Shown piece by piece: positions 44,326 through 55,379 of a stretch of 64,000 bases of DNA; the stretch's first letter is position 1, and every line of letters starts with the position of its first letter. The stretch comes from a virus, in IMG/VR virus record IMGVR_UViG_3300007540_000013, positions 1 to 64,000 of that record, one strand, 5' to 3'. The notes beneath the pieces are model-generated. The model saw nothing but the letters and a program-made list of their open reading frames with translations. It searched no databases and was not told where the DNA came from. The translations under genes were made by a program, and so were the position numbers.

Positions 44326-46074
44326 ATGGCAACACTATTAGAAGAATTACAGAAAGTACAGCCCTGTGATGGTAGAAGTTTAATTCAATTAATAACTCAA
44401 CGCGTCATCCAAGAGATTACTCGTCTAAAAAGACAGGCGTGTGAAGAGGTAGCAAATACATTCTCAACTTACGGATTAGAGAATATTTACCCCTGTGATT
44501 ACTTAACAGAGGAGTTCTTAGAGAAACTACTAACTACAGAACCTACAGAAGCTATCTCATCTGTATTACTAAGAGCAGGTTACCCTCCTCATCTCCTAAA
44601 AGCATTTGTACAGGGGTTTGATGAGTTATCTGATGAAGAACTTCAAGAGATGTTAGAGTGGACTCAACCTCGTACCGGTATTCGTATTCATCCTAAAACA
44701 AGTAAATATTTTAGAACAGAAACAACCACTACTCTTTCTACCAGTATAACAGAACTAGTCGTAACTAGAACTCAACAAGTCACTAGAGATTTAACTCCTA
44801 CTGAACTTGCAAATCTACGAGAAGAACGTAAAACCGAGCAAGCAAAGAAACAGGAATTAGAACTTGAAAAACAAAAGCAGGAATTTTTCGAAACTGTACG
44901 TAAAGAGAGTCCTAGAGCATTAGAGTTAATTTTAGGAGAAGGACCTAGAATAACCCGAGAAGAATACCAAGGTACAGGATTTAGCTCCCTCGCATTAACC
45001 CTAGTACAGGAAGCTCAGAACAACAAGTACATGTCTGAAGAAGTATTTAATAGTTATGCTAGTTTAAAGAAACCGGTTAATGAAGGAGGGTTTAATCAAT
45101 CAAGTAGTTACTGGGGATACGGTACGTATGGTTTTGGAATCGGAGGTGAAATTGAAGAAGTAACCGTAACTGCTTCAGCACTTCCACAAGAAACTCTTAC
45201 CGTCACTGAGACAGAAACATTTACCGAAACTGAAGAAATAGTTACCACAGAAGAGATCACAACAACAACCGTGGTATTATCTGAAAACGAAGTTAAAGAA
45301 GTTCGTGAATTTTATTTAAATCAAGGAATAGGTAACATAGTAAACTTTTTAGCTGAAAGTCTAGGAACTGAAGTAAACAGCCAACTACAATGTCCAACTC
45401 CGGATACGACTTCAAGACTAATAACCCGTGTCACTAACCTAGCAAGAGTAGTAAATGACGTTAAACAGACAATCACTACATTACAGCAAATAGTAAATGC
45501 TACATCTGCAATATTTAACTTATTAAGTAGGATTGTAGATATCTTAAAAAAAGTGATTATCGCTGCTCAACCAGCTATTATCGCTGCAGCTTCAGCGCTA
45601 TTTACAGCTGGTATTGCTGCTATACTCAATAAAATTACAGGAGCTGCTCGAAGTATCATCACTAAGTACGAACCGCAGATTGAGAAATTAGATAAGCAGA
45701 TTTGTGCTGCTGCTGGTTCATTAACTTTTGTAGTAGCTAATATAAACGTAGTTGATGCTTTTATTAGAGTTATTGATGAACTATTAAGAAACTGTATACA
45801 GGAACTATCTAATTCTAATGATGCACTATCAACCGCAGTAGCATCCGCATTAACCCCTATCACAGGGAATCCTCGCGGATCTGGAGATATTGAGTATAGA
45901 GGATATAAAATTGAAGTAAGAACTAAAGCAAGCGATAATACATTAAAACAACGTTACGCTGTAGGATTAGATTCGAATAATGTAGCAGCTATCGAAGGTC
46001 CGTTATCATATAGTGCTGACGCAGAAATACTTATCGAAGAATTAAAATATAGAATTGACACATATTTAGGCTAA
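44326..46074 (+). CDS. Putative virion/baseplate-associated protein
   Basis: Located between spike and gp25; Thr/Glu-rich arms. Confidence 0.55.
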   Translation: MATLLEELQKVQPCDGRSLIQLITQRVIQEITRLKRQACEEVANTFSTYGLENIYPCDYLTEEFLEKLLTTEPTEAISSVLLRAGYPPHLLKAFVQGFDELSDEELQEMLEWTQPRTGIRIHPKTSKYFRTETTTTLSTSITELVVTRTQQVTRDLTPTELANLREERKTEQAKKQELELEKQKQEFFETVRKESPRALELILGEGPRITREEYQGTGFSSLALTLVQEAQNNKYMSEEVFNSYASLKKPVNEGGFNQSSSYWGYGTYGFGIGGEIEEVTVTASALPQETLTVTETETFTETEEIVTTEEITTTTVVLSENEVKEVREFYLNQGIGNIVNFLAESLGTEVNSQLQCPTPDTTSRLITRVTNLARVVNDVKQTITTLQQIVNATSAIFNLLSRIVDILKKVIIAAQPAIIAAASALFTAGIAAILNKITGAARSIITKYEPQIEKLDKQICAAAGSLTFVVANINVVDAFIRVIDELLRNCIQELSNSNDALSTAVASALTPITGNPRGSGDIEYRGYKIEVRTKASDNTLKQRYAVGLDSNNVAAIEGPLSYSADAEILIEELKYRIDTYLG

Positions 46075-46088
46075 ATCTATTTATAATT

Positions 46089-46505
46089 ATGAAAGCATCC
46101 GATTTTAAAAAAATTATTAAAGAAGCAGTAAGAGAAGCTATTAGAGAAGAACTCTCTGAAATGCAGCAACCGGTACAAGAGCAAGTTCAAAAACAGCCGC
46201 TCAAATCTACCGGGAACTCTATCTTAGACGCCCTCAACGAGACTAAAAGTAGTATGACCTCAGAAGACTACAGAAACATTGGAGGAGATTTTAGAGCTGA
46301 TATGGCTCAAAGTTTTAATAAAGCAGCATTCACTCCTAAAGGTAGAGCTGTAAAACCAGCCTCTGATGACCCTAGAGCAGTTAAAGCAGCAGTAGCTTCT
46401 GCACCTAAAATAGGTTTAGACTTATCTCAGTTAGGATTTGTGAATAAAGCAGCCGCTATTGTTAACGAGGTAGATAGAAAACAAAAAGAAAAGTTTAACG
46501 TATAA
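46089..46505 (+). CDS. Putative head-internal/late protein
   Basis: IIKEAVREAIREELSE; late motif at 46077. Confidence 0.6.
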   Translation: MKASDFKKIIKEAVREAIREELSEMQQPVQEQVQKQPLKSTGNSILDALNETKSSMTSEDYRNIGGDFRADMAQSFNKAAFTPKGRAVKPASDDPRAVKAAVASAPKIGLDLSQLGFVNKAAAIVNEVDRKQKEKFNV

Positions 46506-46915
46506 TGGCATATAAGGTTCAAAGAATTAATCCTCTAGACTTACAGCCCAGGAAAGCTGTAGGAGTAGCTTTACCTTTTTCAGGTAGAGCTGTTTTTAAT
46601 TCTACATATACCTCTAAAGAAGCTGTTAGATCTAATTTAATTAACTTTTTCTTAACAGGAAAGAACGAAAGAGTTTTTAATCTTGATTTTGGCGCTGGAC
46701 TACGTAATATGTTATTTGAAGGGATAACTCAAGAAAAAATTGAAGAACTAAAATTAAATATAATAAAGTCTCTAGAACTATATTTCCCACGAGTACAGGT
46801 TTCTAGCTTAAATCTCAAAGCATATCCCGATCAAAACTTAATAAACTTTGAACTTAAGTACTCTGTAGTACAGACAAATATACAAGACGAGATATCAATT
46901 AATTTTGAACAATAA
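46505..46915 (+). CDS. Baseplate wedge protein gp25/GPW-like
   Basis: NLINFFLT.KNERVFN..FGAGLR..LFE. Confidence 0.88.
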   Translation: MAYKVQRINPLDLQPRKAVGVALPFSGRAVFNSTYTSKEAVRSNLINFFLTGKNERVFNLDFGAGLRNMLFEGITQEKIEELKLNIIKSLELYFPRVQVSSLNLKAYPDQNLINFELKYSVVQTNIQDEISINFEQ

Positions 46916-48741
46916 TGGCGCAACAGAGAGAAATACAGTATTCAAATAAGACTTTTAGTGATTTCCGTAAACAGTTAATTGATTACGCTAAAAACTATTT
47001 CCCTGACTCTTATAACGACTTCTCACCAACATCACCCGGTATGATGTTTATGGAGATGGCAGCTTATGTAGGAGATGTACTTTCTTTCTATCAAGATATA
47101 CAGCTACAAGAGACCTTCTTGCAATACGCTCAAGAACCAGGTAACCTTTATAACTTAGCGTATATGATGGGTTACCGTCCAAAAGTTACATCTGCAGCAA
47201 CTGTAATGCTAGACTTATACCAGCAAGTACCATCCAAAAACGCAGGTACAAACGCAGTACCGGATTACGACTACGCTATTACTCTTGATAATAATGCTGT
47301 AGTTCAAAGCACCACTAATCCTGCAGTACAGTTCTTAATTCAAGATAAAGTTAGTTTTAACTACTCCTCATCTTACGATCCTACAACTGTATCAATTTAC
47401 GAAACAGCAGGAGGTAATATTACTAAATTCTTATTAAAAAAGCAAGTAAAAGCAATATCTGGAGAAATAAAAACAGCCACAGAAAATATATCCTCAGTAG
47501 AGAGATTCAAAACTATAACTATAAACGATACGGATATTATCGGTATATTAGATGTTACTGATGGAGATGGTAATGTTTGGACAGAAGTACCCTACTTAGC
47601 TCAAGACACTGTTTTTGAAGAAAATACTAATACTGCAACCGACAGCAACTTAGTACCATATTCAGTAACACTCCAAAAAACACCTCGTAGATTTGTAACC
47701 AGGTATACCTCAACAGGTGCTATTCAATTACAATTTGGTGCAGGTCAAACCGGAGAAGATGACACTGTAATCACACCAGACCCAACTAACGTAGGACTAC
47801 CATCTCAAACTATCGGAGTAACTAAGATTGATGTAGCTTACGATCCATCAAACTTTATGTTTACAGGAGCTTACGGTTTAGCACCTAGCTCTGATTTAAC
47901 TATTAGGTACATTGTTGGTGGCGGCGTTGCCGCTAACGTACCCTTAGATACTATTACAACAGTAGTATCTTCTACTAAAACTGCAATACAGACCGGATAT
48001 GAAGATACCTTTACAGTTAATAACCCAGAACCTGCTACAGGAGGTAAAGATGGCGACACTGTAGATGAATTAAGACAGAATTCATTAAAATCCTACAACG
48101 AACAGTTAAGAGCAGTTACTGCTCAAGACTATACAGTTAGAGCACAATCACTACCTCCAAGATTTGGATCTGTAGCTAAAGTATTCGTTACTCAAGATCA
48201 ACTAACAAGCACTAAGAGTGTTACTGATAATATTATAGATAGTAACCCATTAGCTATCTCATTGTATATCTTAGCTTATAATCAAGATAAACAATTAAGA
48301 ACTGCAACATCAACACTCAAGACAAATCTTAAAAACTACTTATCGCAATATAAACTTTTAACAGATGCTATTAATATTAAAGATGCATTTGTAGTTAATA
48401 TAGGAGTGAAGTACGAGATTGTGTTAAGACCCTCAGCTACTGCAAAAGACGTACTTACTAAATGTACTGAAACATTACAAGATTATTTTAATATAACAAA
48501 ATGGAGTATTAACGAACCCATTAATATCTCGAAACTCTACACACTACTAGACAGAATTAAAGGCGTACAAACAGTTCAGCATGTTGAATTAGTTAATAAA
48601 GCGGGTGGGAATTATTCTCAATACGGATATGATATCGCAGGAGCAACAAGGAACAACATAGTATATCCTTCTTATGATCCTTGTATATTTGAAATAAAAT
48701 ATCCAAATACAGATATTGAAGGAAGGATTATAACTTTATAA
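46915..48741 (+). CDS. Baseplate wedge protein gp6/J-like
   Basis: YNDFS..SPGMMF.E..AYVGD.LSFY.D; GG.DGDT.DELR; RAVTAQDY. Confidence 0.9.
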   Translation: MAQQREIQYSNKTFSDFRKQLIDYAKNYFPDSYNDFSPTSPGMMFMEMAAYVGDVLSFYQDIQLQETFLQYAQEPGNLYNLAYMMGYRPKVTSAATVMLDLYQQVPSKNAGTNAVPDYDYAITLDNNAVVQSTTNPAVQFLIQDKVSFNYSSSYDPTTVSIYETAGGNITKFLLKKQVKAISGEIKTATENISSVERFKTITINDTDIIGILDVTDGDGNVWTEVPYLAQDTVFEENTNTATDSNLVPYSVTLQKTPRRFVTRYTSTGAIQLQFGAGQTGEDDTVITPDPTNVGLPSQTIGVTKIDVAYDPSNFMFTGAYGLAPSSDLTIRYIVGGGVAANVPLDTITTVVSSTKTAIQTGYEDTFTVNNPEPATGGKDGDTVDELRQNSLKSYNEQLRAVTAQDYTVRAQSLPPRFGSVAKVFVTQDQLTSTKSVTDNIIDSNPLAISLYILAYNQDKQLRTATSTLKTNLKNYLSQYKLLTDAINIKDAFVVNIGVKYEIVLRPSATAKDVLTKCTETLQDYFNITKWSINEPINISKLYTLLDRIKGVQTVQHVELVNKAGGNYSQYGYDIAGATRNNIVYPSYDPCIFEIKYPNTDIEGRIITL

Positions 48742-48753
48742 TAAGAATAAACG

Positions 48754-49875
48754 ATGGCTGTATTTAAAGTATTTGCTGAAAAAGACGCAACAATATATTC
48801 ACAACTACCAATTACTAATACTGGATTAGATGAAATTTTAGAAGTAGCTACGTACTATAAAGGTACTAACGAGTATGTTGCTCGTAGCCTAATTCAATTT
48901 GACTCTACAGAAATCAATAACGTATTAAATAACTACGTATCCTCATCTACTAGAGCTGCAACAGATATGAGCGCATCAATTAGACTCTATCTAGCATCTG
49001 CCGATGAACTGCCAACCGATTACGTAGTTGAAGGTTACCCGGTATATGTAGGTAGTGGTAATACCTGGAATCAAGGGACAGGACAGTATAACGATGCACC
49101 TGTAACTACAGATGGAGTAGCATGGTCCCACACTCAATCCTCCGGATCTGGTGTATGGGGAGTAACTACATACGTAACTCAATCATACTCTGGGAGTAAC
49201 ACAGGCGGTGGTTCTTGGTATACAGGTTCTACAGGGTATACATTTGATTTCACGCAACGTCACACGGTAGCTTCTACGCATGATCTTAATTTAGATATAA
49301 GCGATGGTGTAAAAGCACAATACGACGGAACAATATCTAACGCAGGATTCTTACTTAAATTAACTAGTAGCTTAGAATTTAAAGAAGATACTCAAGTATT
49401 CTTAAGATATTTCTCTACAGATACTCATACAATATATCCTCCTTGTTTAGAGATTAAATGGGATGATTTTGAAAACAATTCAACGTTAGCCGAGGTATCT
49501 GAAATTAATCCTGTTATAAAAATAAAAAATAACAGAGGCAGGTTTACTGACGAAGGATTTCAGAAATTTAATTTACATGTTAGACCTAAATACCCTACTA
49601 GGACGTTCTCAACATCATCAGCGTACTTAACAAATCACTACTTACCTACAGCTTCATACTGGGGTATTAGAGATGAGAATACTGAAGAGATGGTAATTGA
49701 TTTCGACACTAAGTTTACAAAAATTAGTAGAGACGCTAACGGAAACCATTTTACAGTACATATGGGAGGATTGCAACCCGAAAGGTATTATAGAGCTCTA
49801 ATTAAAACTTCTATTGACGGATCAACAACTGTGTTAGACGAAAATTTAGTTTTTAAAGTAGTGAGAAATGGGTGA
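48754..49875 (+). CDS. Virion structural protein (DNRLRE-like domain)
   Basis: KDATIYS...NTGLDEILE...RSLIQFD; HTIYPP.LE. Confidence 0.6.
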   Translation: MAVFKVFAEKDATIYSQLPITNTGLDEILEVATYYKGTNEYVARSLIQFDSTEINNVLNNYVSSSTRAATDMSASIRLYLASADELPTDYVVEGYPVYVGSGNTWNQGTGQYNDAPVTTDGVAWSHTQSSGSGVWGVTTYVTQSYSGSNTGGGSWYTGSTGYTFDFTQRHTVASTHDLNLDISDGVKAQYDGTISNAGFLLKLTSSLEFKEDTQVFLRYFSTDTHTIYPPCLEIKWDDFENNSTLAEVSEINPVIKIKNNRGRFTDEGFQKFNLHVRPKYPTRTFSTSSAYLTNHYLPTASYWGIRDENTEEMVIDFDTKFTKISRDANGNHFTVHMGGLQPERYYRALIKTSIDGSTTVLDENLVFKVVRNG

Positions 49876-50227
49876 TAAAGTTGATTTAAAAAACAGTACA
49901 GTTAGGTTATCCGAATTTAATCGAAGGATTGATAACTCATTTAAGTACTTTGCAGAACAGGAAACTTCTGTAGATACTGATACAGTACAGGAATTATTTA
50001 GACTATACGATAAGTTATTTTTAGAAATACCTTCAACTGGTAATAGTTCCCATGAGACTTTAGTAAGAAGAAGTTCTCAAATTTACAAGATACCAGATGA
50101 TCCAAATATAAGTTTACTTCAAAACGAGATCACTGATTTAAGGAGACAGCTATTAGAAGCAAATGAAACTATAGCTGATCTATCTGATATTAATACGAAT
50201 ATTGCAGGATTAACAACAAATGGCTAG
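49868..50227 (+). CDS. Hypothetical structural protein
   Basis: Coupled ORF in baseplate operon. Confidence 0.65.
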   Translation: MGDKVDLKNSTVRLSEFNRRIDNSFKYFAEQETSVDTDTVQELFRLYDKLFLEIPSTGNSSHETLVRRSSQIYKIPDDPNISLLQNEITDLRRQLLEANETIADLSDINTNIAGLTTNG

Positions 50228-53200
50228 CACTACATATTACATTTCAGGTACAGGTGACCAACTGCAGCTAACCGCTGCAGATCAACAAAAAGTGAATACC
50301 GTAAAGTTATCCGCTCAGTTCGACCCATCTCAAGATATTGCTGAAGCTTCTATCTACAATAATCGAGGACAGTTTGTTAACACTACTTTAGTTAATGTCG
50401 GATTAAATACACCTTCTACCTCACAAGACCCGGCTCAATCTAATGAAGATAGAGATTTAACTTCAAGCACTATTTTCATAGATGCAGAACCTCTAATCTT
50501 AAGTCTATCTGATTTTGAAAAAAATGGTGCAACTGCTAAATATTGTTTTTACCGCCCTACCCTTTCTAATTTAGAAGTAGATGAAATCTCTTACGATAGA
50601 ACAGAGGTAAAAGTAAAATACATAAGCTTCAGCAGACCTCAAGCACAGATTGATAGATTAATTGAATTAATCAATAACGCTGCATACTACGGTAAAATAG
50701 GAATCAGTCATCCAGAAGGAGCGTATACTCCTATTATTAACGTTATAGATGATGGGGAGTACGTATATTTAAAGCTCTATAGATCCTTACCAGATTTAGT
50801 TAATCTAGGCGATCCTATTAATATAAATCAAGAAGTAGCAGATCCTATTACAGTTACGTTTAACTATACCCCCGATGCGCCTGTAGTTGAACCGTTACCA
50901 TCGTTAAGAAGTCCTAATTTTAATATAGATCTTGATGATAGAGCAACAGTAACTACTGAATACCTAGATTATAACACATTATATAGTCTACCTGTAACTA
51001 ATTCATATAATCGAGTATTCTCTGAATTAGAAGGATTAGGAGTAGGTATTAGTGTTGATTATACTAATTACGAAAACTTCGTACACTTCTCTTCTGCAAA
51101 AGAGAGGTTAGCAAATTTCAAATATAAGGTAGATTTATATGATCGATATAGGAACGAACGAGCAGAAGCAGTAGCATTATCCAACGCAACAAATGCAATT
51201 ACTTCTAGTAATTTATATTACGATAACTTAATTAAAGGTATTCTAACTAAGTTTGATGGCTACGAAAGGTACCTATTCTATGAAAGCTCAAGCAAGGCAT
51301 GGCCTAAAGCTAGTAGTAATTTACCTTATATTAATATCTCGAGCAGCTTACCTGAAGCAGTTACATGGTACGAGAGAGAGTACGCAAGTGCGTCTCTTTA
51401 CGATGAACTTAACGAAAGTAACTTAGAATATACTATACCAGAATTTATCCGTCAAGACAGCAATAACGCTCCATATAGCTTATTCCTTAACATGATCGGT
51501 CAACATTTTGATGAGTTATGGTTATCCGCTAAAGGTATTACAGATCGTTACGATGCTGACAACAGGTTAGATTTCGGTATATCTAAAGACTTAATCGCAA
51601 AAACTTTACAGAGTTTCGGCGTTAAATTGTACTCTTCTAATTTTTCTACTTCTAACCTAACTAATTTATTCTTAGGAGAATGGATGGATACTGGTTCTGA
51701 GCAGATAAATACTTTTGTTACTGCTTCAAACGATCCTACACCGGATAAAGATATCCTATCTGAAACCTATAAAAGAATCTATCACAACCTTCCATACTTA
51801 ATTAAGACTAAAGGTACTGAGAGAGGTTTAAGAGCATTGATTAACTGTTTCGGTATACCTAGCGGATCATTATCAATTGAAGTATTTGGAGGTTTAGAGC
51901 GAAATGATTCAAGTTACTTTGGGTACGAACAGCCATCCACTACTAAGATAAAATTAGATAACACAGGTTCAATCATACCCGGGGATACTCTATCCCAATA
52001 TACTTCTATTATCAAACCATACGAAAAGTATAATCAAGATCTACATGTAGTAGAGGTAGGTTTTACTCCTACTAAGTATATGGACGAGTACATAAAGACT
52101 TTATTCCCAGGTAAATTCATGTTACCTCTAGATTACGCTTTCCCGTACTTGAATCAAGAAGCATACGTAATTGAAGGAGATTTCAATCTAGACGAATACA
52201 TAGGAGATCCTAGATATAGAGGACAAAGTAACTATAAGACTATAAAGAACGCTAGCTTACTTCAAGAAGCAAACTCAGTAGTACCCAACTCAGGATCTTA
52301 CGACGTCAATGACTTTATAAGGTTAGTTAAGTTTTTCGATAATCAATTATTTAAGATGGTTAAAGATTTTGTACCGGCTAGAGATACAGTATCTGCTGGT
52401 ATTATAATAAAGCCAACTATCTTAGATAGAGCAAAAGTTCCCACACCGGTATTTAGTTTTACTCAACCAGAATATTCAGGATCTATTGATACAGCATTTA
52501 TCACAGGATCAGCAGCAGGTATTATCAATCAACATTCTACTGCTTATACCGCAAGTGTATTTACACCATCAGGATCTATAAATAAGATTTATGATGATGA
52601 AGCAGCACAAATAAACGGAGAGTTAGGAGGTACAGTCTTAGATATGTACAGCGGAAGCTTAAACGAAGCTAACGAATTAAAGAAACCTTCTACAATACTG
52701 CCAATTTACGAAGCATCTGGATCAAACGGTACAGCACCAGTACCTGGGCAGTTTACTTGGCAGTCCGGAACTATAAACAGACAGCAAGGAGGACTCACAC
52801 TAGCAGCTGGTTACGGAGTTGCATCTATCTATATTAACGAGGTAGATAGTAATAATGTAGACTTAGAGAATGTTCTAGAAAACCTCACCACTGGAGATGA
52901 ATTAACCTTTACTGTAGATTATAGATATTACGATCTCGATTTTTTTAGCCCTGGTCCAACCGGACCAATCCGCACAAAAACTGTAACTCAGACTGTAGAG
53001 AATATTTCAAGTAACTCAGCAAATACATGGTATATTACATTTAAGAATAGTAGTATAGGTGCATTAGTAGGTGAAGCACAAGCCGCACAGTATAATGTAC
53101 ATCCGCTAACTAGAACATCAACCTCAGTAATATTTAGTCCATTTATTAATGTACAGAATATAGACTACCATCCTTACAACGCTACATTAAATAACGCAAC

Positions 53201-54683
53201 TAAGATAAGTAATGCTGCCCACTTACAAGAAGTAGATTACAGCACCGGTACTATCTCTCCCACCAATCTACCTCAGATACTTAATAATGAAGCAGTAACA
53301 GCTGAAGTTAGTGAGTATATACATAACTCCGCCGGTATGGTGAGAGGCAAGTACACAGGTAAGCAACTAACAGCAGCAGAATTAAGCAAGTATACTGACG
53401 GAGATATCTCATACGGTAAAACTCCTGTAATTAACTATACGGGTAAGTATTTTGCTTACGCACCAGATCTAGAACGCACTGACCCTCTAGTAGTCGGTAA
53501 AACTCAATATTCAGTAAGGTACTTAATTGATGATAATAGAGAGGTACTAGACCTAACAGCTATTGAAGAAACACGTAAGCATCTTTCTCAAAACTATAGA
53601 GAGAAAGAAGGCGTCTCGGTAAGATTGCAAAATCCCCGTATTACTGCTTTAGGAGCAGGATCTAATTATTATTTAGTAGGTGGGGCAAAAGTATATAAAG
53701 CAGGAAAACGTCCTGAATATATATTAGGAACTGAAATTACTCTAGGAGATTTTGCAACAGGAGATCTTACATTCGAAGGTACATCAATATCAGATTATAG
53801 CTTCTTAGCAACGAAGACCTCTGGTCAACTTGTATTCCCTACATACACAACTATAGTATTTAATAATGAAATATATGACGACGGATCCGATTACAATCCT
53901 TCAACCGGTATATACACTTTTGGTGAAGATTCAGAAGCTAGAGTTAGCTTTGTTGCAAGTGGTGTTTTAACAAATATCAAATCTCAAGCAGAAAACGCTA
54001 CTATTAGAATTATTCAAGATAGAGGAGGTACCGATACTGTTATTAAGTCTGAAACTTTTACAATACCTTCTGCCACCATCTCCCTAAATTCTGGAACTAA
54101 AAATTTCAGTATTCAATCCGGATTGCGTTATTTTGAGAATGGTGATAAGGTTCGAGTAGAAGTACAAGGAGCAGCAGGAATAAATGTAAGTTCAGGATCA
54201 GAGTTCTTTAATATACAAGCACCTCAAGCATCTGCAAACGTTACCGCTTCTAATGTATGGACAACCGGATCTTCTACTGGATTTACTTTAACTAGTTCAG
54301 CAGCATTAGCAAATCAATACGGCACTAATATACAAGAGCCATTCTCAGGATCCTCTTTCCCTTCTGCTTCTTTATTATTTACTTTAGAAAGAGGAGATGA
54401 GTTTAGATTTGGAGGAAGTGAAGATAATGTGTATGTTGTACTAGAAGCAGAACGTCAAGGTTTAATATACGTAACATTAAACAAACCATTAAATCCTTCC
54501 TTAAACATTAATCAGTTTACCGTACGTAGGTTTGTAGACGATACCACCTCGTTGATAACTAATCAAAAGAAACTTGCAGGAGATACTTCCCCTGCGTTTA
54601 TTCTACCTGAATACACAGCACCAGATCTCAATGATAACTTAGACGCTATTATAAAAGATCTAGTAGGACGGAATCTTATTTAA
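50220..54683 (+). CDS. Large baseplate wedge/tail protein
   Basis: FVHFSSAKERL.NF.YK; KRIYHNLPYLIKTKGTERGLRALINCFG (gp7/tail I-like). Confidence 0.7.
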   Translation: MASTTYYISGTGDQLQLTAADQQKVNTVKLSAQFDPSQDIAEASIYNNRGQFVNTTLVNVGLNTPSTSQDPAQSNEDRDLTSSTIFIDAEPLILSLSDFEKNGATAKYCFYRPTLSNLEVDEISYDRTEVKVKYISFSRPQAQIDRLIELINNAAYYGKIGISHPEGAYTPIINVIDDGEYVYLKLYRSLPDLVNLGDPININQEVADPITVTFNYTPDAPVVEPLPSLRSPNFNIDLDDRATVTTEYLDYNTLYSLPVTNSYNRVFSELEGLGVGISVDYTNYENFVHFSSAKERLANFKYKVDLYDRYRNERAEAVALSNATNAITSSNLYYDNLIKGILTKFDGYERYLFYESSSKAWPKASSNLPYINISSSLPEAVTWYEREYASASLYDELNESNLEYTIPEFIRQDSNNAPYSLFLNMIGQHFDELWLSAKGITDRYDADNRLDFGISKDLIAKTLQSFGVKLYSSNFSTSNLTNLFLGEWMDTGSEQINTFVTASNDPTPDKDILSETYKRIYHNLPYLIKTKGTERGLRALINCFGIPSGSLSIEVFGGLERNDSSYFGYEQPSTTKIKLDNTGSIIPGDTLSQYTSIIKPYEKYNQDLHVVEVGFTPTKYMDEYIKTLFPGKFMLPLDYAFPYLNQEAYVIEGDFNLDEYIGDPRYRGQSNYKTIKNASLLQEANSVVPNSGSYDVNDFIRLVKFFDNQLFKMVKDFVPARDTVSAGIIIKPTILDRAKVPTPVFSFTQPEYSGSIDTAFITGSAAGIINQHSTAYTASVFTPSGSINKIYDDEAAQINGELGGTVLDMYSGSLNEANELKKPSTILPIYEASGSNGTAPVPGQFTWQSGTINRQQGGLTLAAGYGVASIYINEVDSNNVDLENVLENLTTGDELTFTVDYRYYDLDFFSPGPTGPIRTKTVTQTVENISSNSANTWYITFKNSSIGALVGEAQAAQYNVHPLTRTSTSVIFSPFINVQNIDYHPYNATLNNATKISNAAHLQEVDYSTGTISPTNLPQILNNEAVTAEVSEYIHNSAGMVRGKYTGKQLTAAELSKYTDGDISYGKTPVINYTGKYFAYAPDLERTDPLVVGKTQYSVRYLIDDNREVLDLTAIEETRKHLSQNYREKEGVSVRLQNPRITALGAGSNYYLVGGAKVYKAGKRPEYILGTEITLGDFATGDLTFEGTSISDYSFLATKTSGQLVFPTYTTIVFNNEIYDDGSDYNPSTGIYTFGEDSEARVSFVASGVLTNIKSQAENATIRIIQDRGGTDTVIKSETFTIPSATISLNSGTKNFSIQSGLRYFENGDKVRVEVQGAAGINVSSGSEFFNIQAPQASANVTASNVWTTGSSTGFTLTSSAALANQYGTNIQEPFSGSSFPSASLLFTLERGDEFRFGGSEDNVYVVLEAERQGLIYVTLNKPLNPSLNINQFTVRRFVDDTTSLITNQKKLAGDTSPAFILPEYTAPDLNDNLDAIIKDLVGRNLI

Positions 54684-54716
54684 CTTCATATTTATACTAT
54701 ATAAACTTTACAAACA

Positions 54717-55373
54717 ATGGGATATTTAGACAATTCAGTAGTAACAGTTGATGCTATCTTAACAAAGAAAGGTAGAGAGCTCATGGCTAGAGGAGATGGC
54801 TCTTTCAGAATCACGCAATTTGCATTGTCTGATGATGAAATCGACTATACACTTTACAACACCACTCACCCATCTGGTTCTAATTATTACGGAGAAGCGA
54901 TTGAAGGCATGCCTTTATTAGAAGCCTTCCCAGATGAGACTCAAATCATGAAATACAAGCTTGTAACTCTTCCAAGAGGTACAGCAAGACTTCCAATCTT
55001 AGATTTAGGTTACGCTGCTATTACATTGAAGCAAGGAGCATCTTTAGCTATCACTCCACAAACTTTAAATTACTTAGGAGCTAATCAAACTTTTGAAACA
55101 AACGGATATACTGCAACAATTGCTGATGCAAGAGTATTAAGTACATTTAACGGTACAGGTATTAACACACCTGAAGCTGCTACATTAAACAGCACAACTA
55201 CATTAGGTACTAATGTATCTAAGACTGTTATTGGATCTTCGATTACACTTACTGCAACTAACGTTAATACGTTATTCGGATCTAACACATCACTTCAGAC
55301 TACAGTAACTGTAGTAGGTAGAGATTCCGGAGCACGTTTAACTATTCCGGTAACTATTAATAAAATAAACTAA
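54717..55373 (+). CDS. Virion structural protein (baseplate/tail fibre attachment-like)
   Basis: DAILTKKGRELMA...ITQFALSDDEIDY. Confidence 0.6.
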   Translation: MGYLDNSVVTVDAILTKKGRELMARGDGSFRITQFALSDDEIDYTLYNTTHPSGSNYYGEAIEGMPLLEAFPDETQIMKYKLVTLPRGTARLPILDLGYAAITLKQGASLAITPQTLNYLGANQTFETNGYTATIADARVLSTFNGTGINTPEAATLNSTTTLGTNVSKTVIGSSITLTATNVNTLFGSNTSLQTTVTVVGRDSGARLTIPVTINKIN

Positions 55374-55379
55374 TAGCAT

